Positions 9,514-19,388 of a stretch of DNA of 64,000 nt are shown here, piece by piece (within the stretch, counting starts at the first letter, position 1; each line of letters starts with the position of its first letter). The DNA is from a virus. Taxonomy: Duplodnaviria; Caudoviricetes. The DNA lies in the IMG/VR virus record IMGVR_UViG_2546826724_000006, positions 1 through 64,000 of that record, one strand, 5' to 3'. The notes under the pieces are model-generated. The model searched no databases and had not been told where the DNA came from. It was given only the letters and a program-made list of their open reading frames with translations. The position numbers and the translations under genes are program-made.

Positions 9514-10163
9514 GCGGCGCACTCCTCTGCGGCCTTGGCAAGGGCCTGCTTGATCCGCTGGCGAGAGACTTCATCGGCAGCGAGGTAGCCGGCGCGGAAC
9601 GCTTCCAGGCTTTTGAGGTCGGCGAGCACTTCCGGACGATGTGCCTGCGAGATTTCATGGAGCATGTGCTCGACCGACATCGGGGCCGGACGCTGTGCTT
9701 CGTCTTGATCAATCTCGTACTGGGCGCGGTCGCCGGGATCGCCGCTGCGGGCCGGACGCGCAGTCTTGAACTCGTCGGCCTCCTCTTCCGAGTAGGCGAG
9801 CCCGTGCAGCTCCACGAGCTTGAGGATGACGCGGTCCTTCCCGCGCTTCTCGGCCATGGCGTAGACATAAGCCGCCTGCTTGCCCGAGACGCGGTAGTTC
9901 ACGTTGACCAGCGCTTCACCGATGCTCCACTCGCTGCGCTTGTCGAGGCTGCCGGCGACCATGATGACCGCCTCGTCGCGCTCAGCGCGGAGGATCGTCG
10001 GCTTCTCGAACACGATGCCGGCTTGAGCAGCGATGCGCTCAAGGCAGCGATGCGAGATGACCGGCGTCCCCTGGACGCGCCAGACGTTGCCGCCTTGGCC
10101 CTCGGTGAACGGCTCGCCGTAGCGGCCGAGCACTTCGCGGATCTTGTCGTTGGCGGAGGCCAT
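9510..10163 (-). CDS. Putative single-strand annealing protein
   Basis: Lies between Gp157-like and ninB genes; AMAEKRGKDRVILKL...YSEEEAD resembles Rad52/Sak-type C-terminal helices. Confidence 0.5.
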   Translation of the reverse strand: MASANDKIREVLGRYGEPFTEGQGGNVWRVQGTPVISHRCLERIAAQAGIVFEKPTILRAERDEAVIMVAGSLDKRSEWSIGEALVNVNYRVSGKQAAYVYAMAEKRGKDRVILKLVELHGLAYSEEEADEFKTARPARSGDPGDRAQYEIDQDEAQRPAPMSVEHMLHEISQAHRPEVLADLKSLEAFRAGYLAADEVSRQRIKQALAKAAEECAA

Positions 10164-10663
10164 CAGCGGGTCCTCACGGTAAGCACGGGGATAGGGTTGG
10201 CCCACTCGGCGCCCGAGACGGGCCCCTCTGCGAGTGCAGCGGCGATGGCGGCCTTGCTCGGCTCACGCTTGAAGACGCAGGCGTCGTCCGGCAGGGCGGC
10301 TTCGTCGGTGATGACCACCTTGGGCTTGCCGGCGCCGACCGTGGCGGTCAGGTCGGGGCCTTCGAGCTTCTTCAGCCCGAGTTCGGCCATAGCCTGAAGA
10401 ACCACGCCACGAAGCCGCTCAGCCTTGTTGTCCAGCCGGGCCTTCCGCTCTCGGTTGTCCTTGATGATGCCCTCCAGCGCCTCGCTGTGGGCTTCCGTGC
10501 GGGTCGCAGCGCGGAGGATGCGGATGAGCCTGTCGAGGATCGTCGTTTCTGAGGCCAGCAACTCCTCATAATCAGGGTCATCAGGCCCCACGCCAGCGGC
10601 GGACAACCGGTCTGCGACGTAGCTTGCTAGCCGCATTTCCTCATGCAGCGGGACACTATGCAC
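10163..10663 (-). CDS. Siphovirus Gp157-family protein
   Basis: Coiled coil then KVVITDEAALPDDAC...EPSKAAIAAAL..G.VSGAE. Confidence 0.8.
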   Translation of the reverse strand: MHSVPLHEEMRLASYVADRLSAAGVGPDDPDYEELLASETTILDRLIRILRAATRTEAHSEALEGIIKDNRERKARLDNKAERLRGVVLQAMAELGLKKLEGPDLTATVGAGKPKVVITDEAALPDDACVFKREPSKAAIAAALAEGPVSGAEWANPIPVLTVRTR

Positions 10664-11282
10664 GGCTTACCTCCCTCGGAAGAACCGCAGCATCGGGGCT
10701 CATGCCATTCCGAATGCGCTTCGCTATCGTCAGGGGTCGTATTCCGAACCGACGACCAGCTTCAGCGAGAGTAAATACCTCGCCCTGAACCTCTATGTGC
10801 CGATTGACGCTGGTATTGTTGCACTGCTCAACAACCGTCGCCCAGCGACAATTTCCAGGCTCGTAGCCTTTATCATTGTCTATGCGGTCAATGGACTGCT
10901 TGTCAGCAGGGCGCTTGCCCATGTCGGCTAAGAACTGTTCGAAGCTCTTATCCCAAGCCGAGCAGACAGTGATCCCACGCCCACCATACCGATGATAGGA
11001 AGGATGCTTTGGGTTGTTGCAGCGGCCCCGCATGCTTCTCCAGATCTTGTATTCGGCGCTTTTGCTGGCCCCATGCTTGGTTTGTCGCGCGATTTGCCGC
11101 TCGCGGCCAAGACAACCGCAGGACTTGGATTGGCCCAGCATAAGGTGCTTACAGAGGACCGATTTCTCAGTCCCGCAGTCGCACACGCAATTCCAGCGCA
11201 TGCCGTCATCGGTGAGGTGCGCTTGCGACAGCACCTGCCAGCGACCAAAGCGCTGGCCCAGAAGGTTAGGACGCGGCTTCAT
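10656..11282 (-). CDS. Free-standing HNH homing endonuclease
   Basis: GQRFGRW, CVCDCG, YGGRGITVC, SIDRIDNDKGYEPGNCRWAT; lower GC. Confidence 0.88.
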   Translation of the reverse strand: MKPRPNLLGQRFGRWQVLSQAHLTDDGMRWNCVCDCGTEKSVLCKHLMLGQSKSCGCLGRERQIARQTKHGASKSAEYKIWRSMRGRCNNPKHPSYHRYGGRGITVCSAWDKSFEQFLADMGKRPADKQSIDRIDNDKGYEPGNCRWATVVEQCNNTSVNRHIEVQGEVFTLAEAGRRFGIRPLTIAKRIRNGMSPDAAVLPREVSRA

Positions 11283-11322
11283 GCGCCCATCTCCTGATGA
11301 AGCGGGATGCGGACGGGGGCGT

Positions 11323-11739
11323 TCATCGGCGCCGCTCCAGCCCGTCAAAGCCGTTCAGCGGCTGACCGACGATCTTCTTGCCCGGCCCGTACATGTTGCC
11401 GCCGAAGGTCGACAGGCGCGGCTTCGCGTTGTGCTTCCGGAAGATCGGCGCAGCCTGCTCAGCGATCCGCTTCAGGTCATCGCGCTTGATGTGAGGCCAG
11501 TCGTTCCGGAGCCGAGCGACCTCGACCAGAGCTTCCGCGGCATCCTCAATCCGCTCAAACGAACCGAGCTGCGTGAAAGCAAGCCCGCTCGTCAGATGCG
11601 TGATGACCCAGCGCCCGGCCTCACCGCCAAGCCCGTTGTGACAGGCCAGATCCCGGTAGCGCCACGAGGGGATCGTGTCCGGGCCATCATGGGTCGCGAC
11701 GGCGATCGTCTCGCGAGTGCAGAGATCAAGCGCGCTCAT
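11323..11739 (-). CDS. Hypothetical protein
   Basis: Coupled ORF; WVITHLTSGL motif. Confidence 0.5.
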   Translation of the reverse strand: MSALDLCTRETIAVATHDGPDTIPSWRYRDLACHNGLGGEAGRWVITHLTSGLAFTQLGSFERIEDAAEALVEVARLRNDWPHIKRDDLKRIAEQAAPIFRKHNAKPRLSTFGGNMYGPGKKIVGQPLNGFDGLERRR

Positions 11740-11968
11740 GCCGCCTCCGCACGCTGTTCGATGCCGAGGAAGTCAGAGACAGCCTCCTCATTCGGGAAGA
11801 TCATGCTGGCCCCGGTGAGAGGGTACGGAGCGCCCTCGAACTTCACCGGGAACAGACACACGGTGCCGTCGTCCTCAGAGAGGATCAGGGCGACGGCGAG
11901 AGTGGTGTTGCTCTCGTGGTAGACGCGAGGGGCGACGCCGGGACGCGAGCGGTCGATGTAGAAGGCGC

Positions 11969-12286
11969 TCATGACTGCGCCTCCGGCTGCTCTGCCGCGA
12001 GGGCCAGGATCACATAGCCGGGCTCAAGGCCGAACTGACCGCCGGTCAAGATCCAGGCGATGCGGCGCTCGACGGAATGGGCGAGCGACGGCATGCCCGT
12101 CGTGCCGCAGCCGTCTTCGGGCGTGAAGATCTGCGAACCGAGGGGGTTTTCGGTGAGGCGCAGGAGCCGGATCGTGTCGCCCTTCTGGAAGCCTCGATCA
12201 TCGCGCCGGATCTCGAACGTCTTCTCGCCGCGCTCGACAGCGTCAAAGTAGACCGGCAGCGTCTTGAGTTCGTGGATGGTGCTCAC
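11969..12286 (-). CDS. ASCH/PUA-like (DUF3850) protein
   Basis: HELKTLPVYFDAVERGEKTFEIRRDDRGFQKGD. Confidence 0.85.
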   Translation of the reverse strand: MSTIHELKTLPVYFDAVERGEKTFEIRRDDRGFQKGDTIRLLRLTENPLGSQIFTPEDGCGTTGMPSLAHSVERRIAWILTGGQFGLEPGYVILALAAEQPEAQS

Positions 12287-12683
12287 GACAGCGCTCCCGG
12301 GCTCACAGTGGCCGGCAGCCGGTCAGAACCGACAGGACGCGGAAGAACCTCGGCCTCCACCTCCTTCAGCGACCGAACGATGTCATCCGAGGCATTGAGA
12401 GCCAGGGACAGATACATCCGGTTGCAGGCGGCGCTGGTGAAGTTGGGATCGCCCTGACGGCGGCCTTCGACAACACGGGCGATGTCGTGCATCCGGTTGC
12501 GGAGGTCGTCTCCGAGACGGCGGAGGCGGGTGGTGTTAAGGGAAGGAGCCTCAACGAAGGGCTCGGGGGTGTCGTCGGCGGCATTCGCAAGATCGCACAT
12601 GGATCAAAACCCGATCAAAAGGTTGAAAAAGACACGAGCGGCGAAGGCGAAGCAGATCAGCCCAGGGACTAGATTGAGGAGCA

Positions 12684-13118
12684 TCAGACACCTCGGCGCT
12701 GATAGTTGCTGGCTCGCCCTTTGCGCTGAGCAGGAGCAAAGCCGCTAGAACGTCCGAATTGTTTGGTTGGTGTCGGCTCACGAGGCTCGGCAGACAGAAG
12801 CTTCCGCTGAAAGTCTCGGTAGCTTTCGGAAAGCCTGTCAGTCTTGTCGGCAATGTGCCGGTCACTGCCGGCCGTCGTCACCCGGCGCTCGCCTCCGGGG
12901 CCGTGGGTCTTAACTTTGTGGCAGTCGCGATGAACTGCCCGCATATTGTCCGGATCATCGGCCCCGCCGTTGACCAGCGCCTGTTCGTGGTCGAACTCAG
13001 TGTCGGTCAGCTCGCCCAGCTTCTCGCCGCACAGCGGGCAGCGAGCCTGCCGGGCCATGATGGTAAGCTTCTGAACCGGAGTGAGCTTCCGGCGGGGTTC
13101 GGTGACGCGGCGAGCCAT
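12684..13118 (-). CDS. HNH endonuclease
   Basis: CPLCGE...EFDHEQALVNGGADDPDNMRAVHRDCHKVKT. Confidence 0.85.
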   Translation of the reverse strand: MARRVTEPRRKLTPVQKLTIMARQARCPLCGEKLGELTDTEFDHEQALVNGGADDPDNMRAVHRDCHKVKTHGPGGERRVTTAGSDRHIADKTDRLSESYRDFQRKLLSAEPREPTPTKQFGRSSGFAPAQRKGRASNYQRRGV

Positions 13119-13120
13119 GG

Positions 13121-14161
13121 CTAGGCAGCCTCGACGGGCAGGCCGTCATCCGACAGGCGGTAGAAGACGCCAGCCTTGATGCCGTTCTCGCCGACCTTCG
13201 ATGCAAAAATCCGCCGGATGGCACCGCTGAACGGATCGCGATTGACGATGACGATTGCGCCGGTCTCGTCGGCCGAAGCGGATCCATCCTCGCCAAGGGC
13301 GCAGGCAACACTATGCTTCCCGGTGGCGGACGCGGCACCCCGGTCCCCGGTGGCGGACGCGGCACCCCGGTACCCGGTGGCGGACGCGGCACCCTGGTCC
13401 CCGGTGGCGGACGCGGCACCCCGGTACCCGGTGGCGGACGCGGCACCCTGGTACCCGGTGGCGGACGCGGCACCCTGGTCCCCGGTGGCGGACGCGGCAC
13501 CCCGGTACCCGGTGGCGGACGCGGCACCCTGGTCCCCGGTGGCGGACGCGGCACCCCGGTACCCGGTGGCGGACGCGGCACCCCGGTACCCGGTGGCGGA
13601 CGCGGCACCCTGGTCCCCGGTGGCGGACGCGGCACCCCGGTACCCGGTGGCGGACGCGGCACCCTGGTACCCGGTGGCGGACGCGGCACCCTGGTCCCCG
13701 GTGGCGGACGCGGCACCCCGGTCCCCGGTGGCGGACGCGGCACCCCGGTACCCGGTGGCGTGCTCAGTGTTCTCAGGCTTCGCCTGATCAAACACCCACT
13801 TCACCGCACGGGCGACCATATCGCCGATAGAAAGCTCAACGCCGAGCGTGATCTTGGCGGAAGCGACCTTCGTGTCGGCAGCGTGCCGGGCGAGTTCGCC
13901 AGACTGACGAACCTCAAAGAACCGCGACGTAGCCGGGGCGTAGTAGTCGAAGCAGTTGAGCGGGTGCTCGCAGGCATGGAAACCGTTGCTGCACGCCTCA
14001 ACCTTGCCCTCGACGGTATAGGTCTTGCCGATCTCAAACTTGAAACCGCGGCACGTCAGGTCGCGATTGAAGCCCTTGTACGAGGTGATGAACGGCTCAT
14101 CCGCCTGATTGGGCACAACTGGAGAAGCCGCCTTCGTAGGCTTGGTGCGGGTTTTGGCCAT
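13121..14161 (-). CDS. Phage repeat protein (DUF7666-like N-terminus plus GAASATG repeats)
   Basis: YKGFNRDLTCRGFKFEIGKTY...GFHACEHPLNCFDYY, then 16 nonapeptide repeats. Confidence 0.85.
   Translation of the reverse strand: MAKTRTKPTKAASPVVPNQADEPFITSYKGFNRDLTCRGFKFEIGKTYTVEGKVEACSNGFHACEHPLNCFDYYAPATSRFFEVRQSGELARHAADTKVASAKITLGVELSIGDMVARAVKWVFDQAKPENTEHATGYRGAASATGDRGAASATGDQGAASATGYQGAASATGYRGAASATGDQGAASATGYRGAASATGYRGAASATGDQGAASATGYRGAASATGDQGAASATGYQGAASATGYRGAASATGDQGAASATGYRGAASATGDRGAASATGKHSVACALGEDGSASADETGAIVIVNRDPFSGAIRRIFASKVGENGIKAGVFYRLSDDGLPVEAA
13319..13759. repeat. 16 x 27-bp coding tandem repeat
   Basis: Unit CCCGGTGGCGGACGCGGCACCC(C/T)GGT(A/C); only two positions vary. 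Confidence 0.95.
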
Positions 14162-14163
14162 TG

Positions 14164-14424
14164 TCAGGCAGCCTTCGCAATGTGAGAGATGGTTGGCGCC
14201 TTGCCGATTGCATCGATGGCGTACCGTTCGGCCTCAAGCTCAGCTTGCTCAGCGGCGTCGATCTCCGCCTGAGCCTCATCCTCATCGAGGAAGGCGTGAG
14301 CATGCCCGTAGGCGTCGCCCTCGCAGTCGAAGGCATCCGTCAGGCGGAATGGGCCTTTGAAGACTGCATAGCCGTTGCCGAACTCGTCGACAGCGTAGGG
14401 GCCGATCGCGTGAAAGCCGCGCAT
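14164..14424 (-). CDS. Hypothetical protein
   Basis: Near the start of the leftward operon; GAGG-type RBS upstream. Confidence 0.5.
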   Translation of the reverse strand: MRGFHAIGPYAVDEFGNGYAVFKGPFRLTDAFDCEGDAYGHAHAFLDEDEAQAEIDAAEQAELEAERYAIDAIGKAPTISHIAKAA

Positions 14425-14566
14425 GGCTCAAGCCTCCCGCAGGAGACGAGCAACCGCCGGAACGGTCGGCAGCAGGTAGAACAGAGCGCCGGTCAGGAAG
14501 GCGGCGGCGCCGAAGATGGGAACGATAACGGAAGCCATCGGGTCGCTCCTTGGGAACGACCCGACA

Positions 14567-14615
14567 TTGCTACTTTCGCAACATCAGCGCAAGGGGGTAG
14601 TTGCGATTTTCGCTA
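14567..14615. promoter_or_regulatory. OL-like repressor operators (two 15-bp imperfect palindromes)
   Basis: TTGCTACTTTCGCAA (14567-14581) and TTGCGATTTTCGCTA (14601-14615). Confidence 0.65.
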
Positions 14616-15251
14616 GAATTCTGTCGCGGGGGACACGAAGTCCAATACGAAGGCCGTCACCATCGTGACTTCGCCGTCGTGCTCGCCGATCTGAAGGGGC
14701 TCCTGGAAGCGGGCATCATCGCTGTCGGGCCACAGCTCGAAAACCCCATCGGCTCGACGGCGCATCTGCTTCACAGTGGTTTCAATCAGATCGCCACGCC
14801 TGCGCATGGCAATGACCCAATCCCCATCGCGCGGGCCGCGTGGTGCCGCGTCGAGCTTCAAGGTCACGACCTTAGCCCCGTCCTTCGCCCGGCGGTTGAC
14901 GCTCTCGCCTCGGATCACCAGCGCCTCAAGCGCCTCTGGAGGCCACCGGCCATCATATGAGTAGGGGAACGAATAGGGCACAAAGTCATCATAGGCCGGT
15001 TCGTGCCAGACGCCAGCGGCAACCTCACCCACAACTTGTATGGTGACAACCTGTGGAGAACCCGCCGCCTTTGCGCTTGGCGGGTCGATCCCGAGGGCGT
15101 GAGCTATCTGAACCGCCTCTTCGAAGCTCAGCTTGCGGCGGTTCTTGAGCACCTTGGACAGCACGTCGGCGGTGATGCCCGTCCGACGTGAAATCTCGGC
15201 CGGCTTCACGCCCGTCGTTTGCAGCGCTTTTTTGTACCAAGCCAACAGCAT
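14613..15251 (-). CDS. cI: CI-like repressor (XRE HTH plus S24 peptidase)
   Basis: HTH, VAAG autocleavage site, IRGESVN Ser motif, TVKQ Lys motif; divergent from the cro-like gene. Confidence 0.9.
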   Translation of the reverse strand: MLLAWYKKALQTTGVKPAEISRRTGITADVLSKVLKNRRKLSFEEAVQIAHALGIDPPSAKAAGSPQVVTIQVVGEVAAGVWHEPAYDDFVPYSFPYSYDGRWPPEALEALVIRGESVNRRAKDGAKVVTLKLDAAPRGPRDGDWVIAMRRRGDLIETTVKQMRRRADGVFELWPDSDDARFQEPLQIGEHDGEVTMVTAFVLDFVSPATEF

Positions 15252-15318
15252 AGCGCCATTAAGCGCTTGCCGAGGCGTATGTCTCTCGCTGAGATCGCGA
15301 AGGGCACAGGCGATCATA

Positions 15319-15366
15319 TCGCGAAAATCGCTCCCGACCCCTTGCATGAAGTTGCGATAATCGCTA
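15319..15366. promoter_or_regulatory. OR-like operators
   Basis: TCGCGAAAATCGCTC (15319-15333) and TTGCGATAATCGCTA (15352-15366); same consensus as OL. Confidence 0.65.
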
Positions 15367-15376
15367 TTCGAACTGG

Positions 15377-15649
15377 GTGAGCAAGCTTCAGCCAGCCTAC
15401 GGCATCATCAAGGACCTCGGGGGATCTACCGAGGTCGCAGCGGCGCTCGGTATCGACCGAAGCGCGGTCTGGCGTTGGACCCAGCCGAAAGCCAAAGGCG
15501 GCACGAACGGGACGGTTCCTCACTGGTACGTCGCCCGGCTGTTGGAATTTGCTCGCGACAAGGACAAGCCGCTGACCGCCGCGCGCTTTGCGCCCGTTGT
15601 GAACGTCCCGGCTTCGCCTGCCCATTCCGATATGCGCGAGGCCGTGTAG
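15377..15649 (+). CDS. cro: Cro-like repressor
   Basis: LGGSTEVAAALGIDRSAVWRW; divergent from cI. Confidence 0.8.
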   Translation: MSKLQPAYGIIKDLGGSTEVAAALGIDRSAVWRWTQPKAKGGTNGTVPHWYVARLLEFARDKDKPLTAARFAPVVNVPASPAHSDMREAV

Positions 15650-15780
15650 ATGACTACGCTCGTCACCCTACCGTTTGTTGCGTCTGCCGCTGCGTTGGCT
15701 GGCGCCTTCGTCGGTTTCCGCGCGGTTGTGCCTACTGTTGCCGTCGCTTTTGTGTCGGCGATTGGTTGGGCGGTGCTGTC

Positions 15781-17223
15781 GTGACGGCGCCTCGCAAGCT
15801 CCGCGGCTGGCAGGATGCCTGCCTCAAGGTCCTGACTGACGAGTGTTGGCCGAAGAAGCGGCGGGCCCTCGTCACCGCCACCCCCGGCGCCGGCAAGACG
15901 ACGCTGGCGCTGACCTACGCGCAGGATCGGATCCGCGTCGGCGAGGTCGATCACGTCCATGTCGTCGCGCCTACTAAGGCTCTGCGCCGTCACTGGCAGG
16001 ACGCCGCGCGCGAGTTCGGCATCAACCTGACCCGCCGCAACAATGCGAAGATGCGGCTGGCAGATTTGCCGTTTGATGTCGGCGGCGTCGTCACGACTTA
16101 CGCCGCGGTCGGCCGTGAGCCGGACGCGCACTACGCGGCGATTGAGGGCAAAAAGGCTCTCGTGATCCTGGACGAGGTCCACCATGCCGGCGACCGCCGG
16201 TCCTGGGGCGATGGGATCAAGGAGGCGTTTGAGGGCGCTCGGTTCGTGCTCTCGCTGTCTGGCACGCCGTTCCGCAACGACGACACCACGATCAGCTTCC
16301 TTGAGTACGGGCCCGGCGGCACCACCGTCGCCGATTACCCCTACCTGTACGCAGACGCGATCCGGGACGACGTCTGCCGCCCGGTGATCTTCAAGCCGTA
16401 CAACGCCCTGGTCGAGTACAAAGCCAAGGGCGAGCAGTTCCAGAGCACCTTCTCCGACACGATGCCTGACACGCAGATGTCGAGCCTGCTCCGGCACGCT
16501 CTGCATCCTGAAGCCGGCCTCGTCGAGCAGATGGTCAAGGATGCCGACGACGAGCTGTCGGCGATCCGTAGCCGCGGTCCGCGCTGGCAGGACGCCGGTG
16601 GCTTGCTGGTAGCGATGAGCCAAGCGCACGCATTCGAGTGCGCCAAGGTGATCCGCGAGGTCACGGGCGAGGAGCCCACGGTCGTTGTCTCTGACATGGA
16701 GACCGCCGAGGACGACCTGAACGCTTTCAAGTGCGGGATGGGGCGCTGGATCGTCGCCGTCCGCATGGTGTCTGAGGGTGTCGATATTCCTCGTTTGATG
16801 GTGTCGGTCTACGCGACCAACGTCATCTCGACGCTGTTCTTCCGACAGTTTGTCGGCCGCACCGTGCGGGTGCGTCACCGCGGCGCCGAGGAAGTCTCCT
16901 CTATCTTCCTGCCGGCGGACGAGCGCCTCTGCAAGGAGGCTGCCGATATCGAGGAAGACGTGAAGCGTTTCCTCAAGGACGCGCCTCCAAACCTCTATAA
17001 GGCCGTCCGCGCCGAGGCTGATCGGGCCGAACGCCGCCTCTACGAAGTGATCCCGAAGATTACGGACATAGAGGCGGGCGAGTGCACCTTCCGCGGCGAG
17101 CGGTTTACCGACGCTGAACTCTACAACGCGAACGCGGTCCGTCACCTGTTCCCGATGGGGGAACGGCTCGATCCGGCTCAGATCGCCTGGACCCTGCGGC
17201 GCCTCAAGAAGGATGCCGCCTAA
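15781..17223 (+). CDS. Superfamily 2 (DExH) helicase
   Basis: ATPGAGKT, ILDEVHH, LSGTPFR, SEGVDIP, QFVGRTVR. Confidence 0.9.
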   Translation: MTAPRKLRGWQDACLKVLTDECWPKKRRALVTATPGAGKTTLALTYAQDRIRVGEVDHVHVVAPTKALRRHWQDAAREFGINLTRRNNAKMRLADLPFDVGGVVTTYAAVGREPDAHYAAIEGKKALVILDEVHHAGDRRSWGDGIKEAFEGARFVLSLSGTPFRNDDTTISFLEYGPGGTTVADYPYLYADAIRDDVCRPVIFKPYNALVEYKAKGEQFQSTFSDTMPDTQMSSLLRHALHPEAGLVEQMVKDADDELSAIRSRGPRWQDAGGLLVAMSQAHAFECAKVIREVTGEEPTVVVSDMETAEDDLNAFKCGMGRWIVAVRMVSEGVDIPRLMVSVYATNVISTLFFRQFVGRTVRVRHRGAEEVSSIFLPADERLCKEAADIEEDVKRFLKDAPPNLYKAVRAEADRAERRLYEVIPKITDIEAGECTFRGERFTDAELYNANAVRHLFPMGERLDPAQIAWTLRRLKKDAA

Positions 17224-17976
17224 ATGGCCGCCGGCAGCAACGTGGAACGGCTCAAGGTTCCCACGCCGGAGGAGGCGCTGATCTATCGGCGCACCACGGC
17301 GACCGACAACACGTACAGCGTGATCCGCGACGGCGGTCAGAGCCTGAAGATGCTCCCGCACTGCCTGCTTCGGGCCTTTGAATGCGAGGCCTGGAAGGAA
17401 CGCCGCACGCCAAATGGGGCCGTCGTCGAGAACCGCGATTTCCTTGAGTGGGTGACGGCGACTTACCCGCGCGGGCTCGGAGCTACGCCTGAGATCGTGG
17501 AAGCGATCCTGACTAGCTCGCGCGACGTAGCCGAGGCTCAGCAGGCGCGACTTCTCTGGGATCGCGCGGTTCGAAATGAGCCCGGTCGTCCCGCATCCGT
17601 CGAAACCTTGTACAATGTACAAGATAAAACGGTTGAAGCTCCAACCGGCAACAGCGCTGCCGCTGGCATGCGGAAGCTCGATAAGGCCGCTGAGGGCGGA
17701 AACAGCATCGCCGCGCAGGCGCTGCAGGCTGTCATAGAGGGGCGACAGTCGGTGCACGCCGCCTGCGTCGAGGCTGGCCTTCGCAAGTCCACCAAGGTTG
17801 ACCCCGATGTCCGCGACCGCGCCGCTGCGCAGATCGCCGACATCTTGCTCGGAAACCTCAGCGACGACGCGGTGATGACGATCCGCGCGAACCTGTCGGC
17901 CACCACGACCAAGGCCATCGCCATCGCAATCGCAAACCTCGCTGGCGAGTGCGTGATGGACCGGAGGCACGGCTAA
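17224..17976 (+). CDS. Hypothetical protein coupled to the helicase
   Basis: TAA-ATG abutting; SVHAACVEAGLRK motif. Confidence 0.65.
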   Translation: MAAGSNVERLKVPTPEEALIYRRTTATDNTYSVIRDGGQSLKMLPHCLLRAFECEAWKERRTPNGAVVENRDFLEWVTATYPRGLGATPEIVEAILTSSRDVAEAQQARLLWDRAVRNEPGRPASVETLYNVQDKTVEAPTGNSAAAGMRKLDKAAEGGNSIAAQALQAVIEGRQSVHAACVEAGLRKSTKVDPDVRDRAAAQIADILLGNLSDDAVMTIRANLSATTTKAIAIAIANLAGECVMDRRHG

Positions 17977-18383
17977 ATGCTGCGCCTCGCTCACCAGATC
18001 CGGCCCCTGTCGGCCGGTAGCAGCGCCGAGGTGTTCTGGACCGGGGCTATCCCGATCGAGCCTCTGAGCCTGCGCACAGCCCAGGCGGGTCATGCCCGAG
18101 AGATCGGCGGATCCGTCTGGGCGCCTCATTCGGGGGCATCCTCGTGAGCGCCCTCACCAACACCGCCGACACGACCTTCACCACCGTCTTTGAGACGGCC
18201 GGCGGCGGTCAGATCCGGTTTCACGTCTGTCATGGGCGGGTGGACGTCACCACTCAGAGCCCCAACGGGCGTCACCGGAACACTACCCCCGCCGACACCG
18301 CTCGCATCCGCTTCCTGGCCCGCCGGCTCAACGAGCTTTGCGTTGTGGCCGAGGGCGACCAGCTTTCTGAGGATCGCTGAGAT

Positions 18384-19142
18384 ATGGCCGGATACCAGAC
18401 TATCGAGATGCTGCGGCCGATCCTGCATCGCGGGCCTGTTCCTACGCCTGTGGTGGACAGTCGGCTTGTGCGGCCGAAGGGCGGCTTCGTTTCGAAGCAG
18501 GGTCGCCGGACGCCTTACTGGGTCTTGCAAGAGATCGTCGAGCGCCGCCGGACGGGTGAACCGATCGCGTCTATCGCGAAGGCGACGGGCGTCAGCACCT
18601 GCACGGTCGTCAAGCATACAAAGCATGTCCCGCCCCCGCCGGGCGGCTGGCCGACCTGTTGGGTTTCTCGGCCGAAGCGGAACGTGAAGGAAGAGTTCGC
18701 CCGCCGTCTGCGGAGGTCCGGCTTCACCTGGGCCGAGATCAGCGAAGAATGCGGTGTTGCCGACAGCGTTATCCGCTACCGGATCGGCGCCAAGCAGCGC
18801 TATCCGCGTCGCACAAGCCCTCTTCAGAAAGCCAAGTGGCGCATTGCTGCGATCACCGGCGTCAAGGCCGCTGAGATCGTCCGCGATCCCAACCAGACGG
18901 GTCGAGCGCCTGAATTGATCAGCCGCACCCGGATGATCCTGTTCTGGGTCGGCCGAAACCGCCTCGGCCTCTCCAACCGCCAAATCGGTGAACAGCTCGG
19001 CGGCTTTGATCGCGACATGGTCGGCTACTGCGTCCGGCGAGTTGACCTCGCCATGGCGTCGGCAGGCGTCGCGAGCACCGCACCCGTAGGCCGCATCACT
19101 CGGGCCCTGCTGAACGCCGAGTGGCCGAAGGCGTCCGCATGA
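18384..19142 (+). CDS. Multi-HTH protein with DnaA domain IV-like C-terminus
   Basis: Two HTHs plus RMILFW...LSNRQIGEQLGGFDRDMVGYCVRRV. Confidence 0.7.
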   Translation: MAGYQTIEMLRPILHRGPVPTPVVDSRLVRPKGGFVSKQGRRTPYWVLQEIVERRRTGEPIASIAKATGVSTCTVVKHTKHVPPPPGGWPTCWVSRPKRNVKEEFARRLRRSGFTWAEISEECGVADSVIRYRIGAKQRYPRRTSPLQKAKWRIAAITGVKAAEIVRDPNQTGRAPELISRTRMILFWVGRNRLGLSNRQIGEQLGGFDRDMVGYCVRRVDLAMASAGVASTAPVGRITRALLNAEWPKASA

Positions 19143-19388
19143 CACCCTCGGCATCACTTCAGACCTCTGTGATCGCTCGGCTTGCCGGCCTCGCGTTCAC
19201 TCAACTGCGGACGATCGCAGACCTTGCCGGGTCTGTATGCGCGTCCGCTTTCCCTAACCGCGCGCTCATGGTCCAGCCCGGTCCACGCACGGTGATCGTA
19301 GTCGCGTCCACTTACCCCCTTTCTGTCGAGATCAGCCATCGCGGCTCCTCCTGTGTCGAAGTCACTTCGACCACGGAGCAGATGGGAA

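Noticed and set aside
13319-13759. Possible CRISPR array or DGR template
   Set aside because: The units abut with no unique spacers and are in-frame coding repeats; no cas or reverse transcriptase gene is in the window
15520-18129. 869-aa minus-strand ORF
   Set aside because: Shadow of the helicase and partner genes in GC-rich DNA, with no recognisable motifs, unlike the intein antisense ORF
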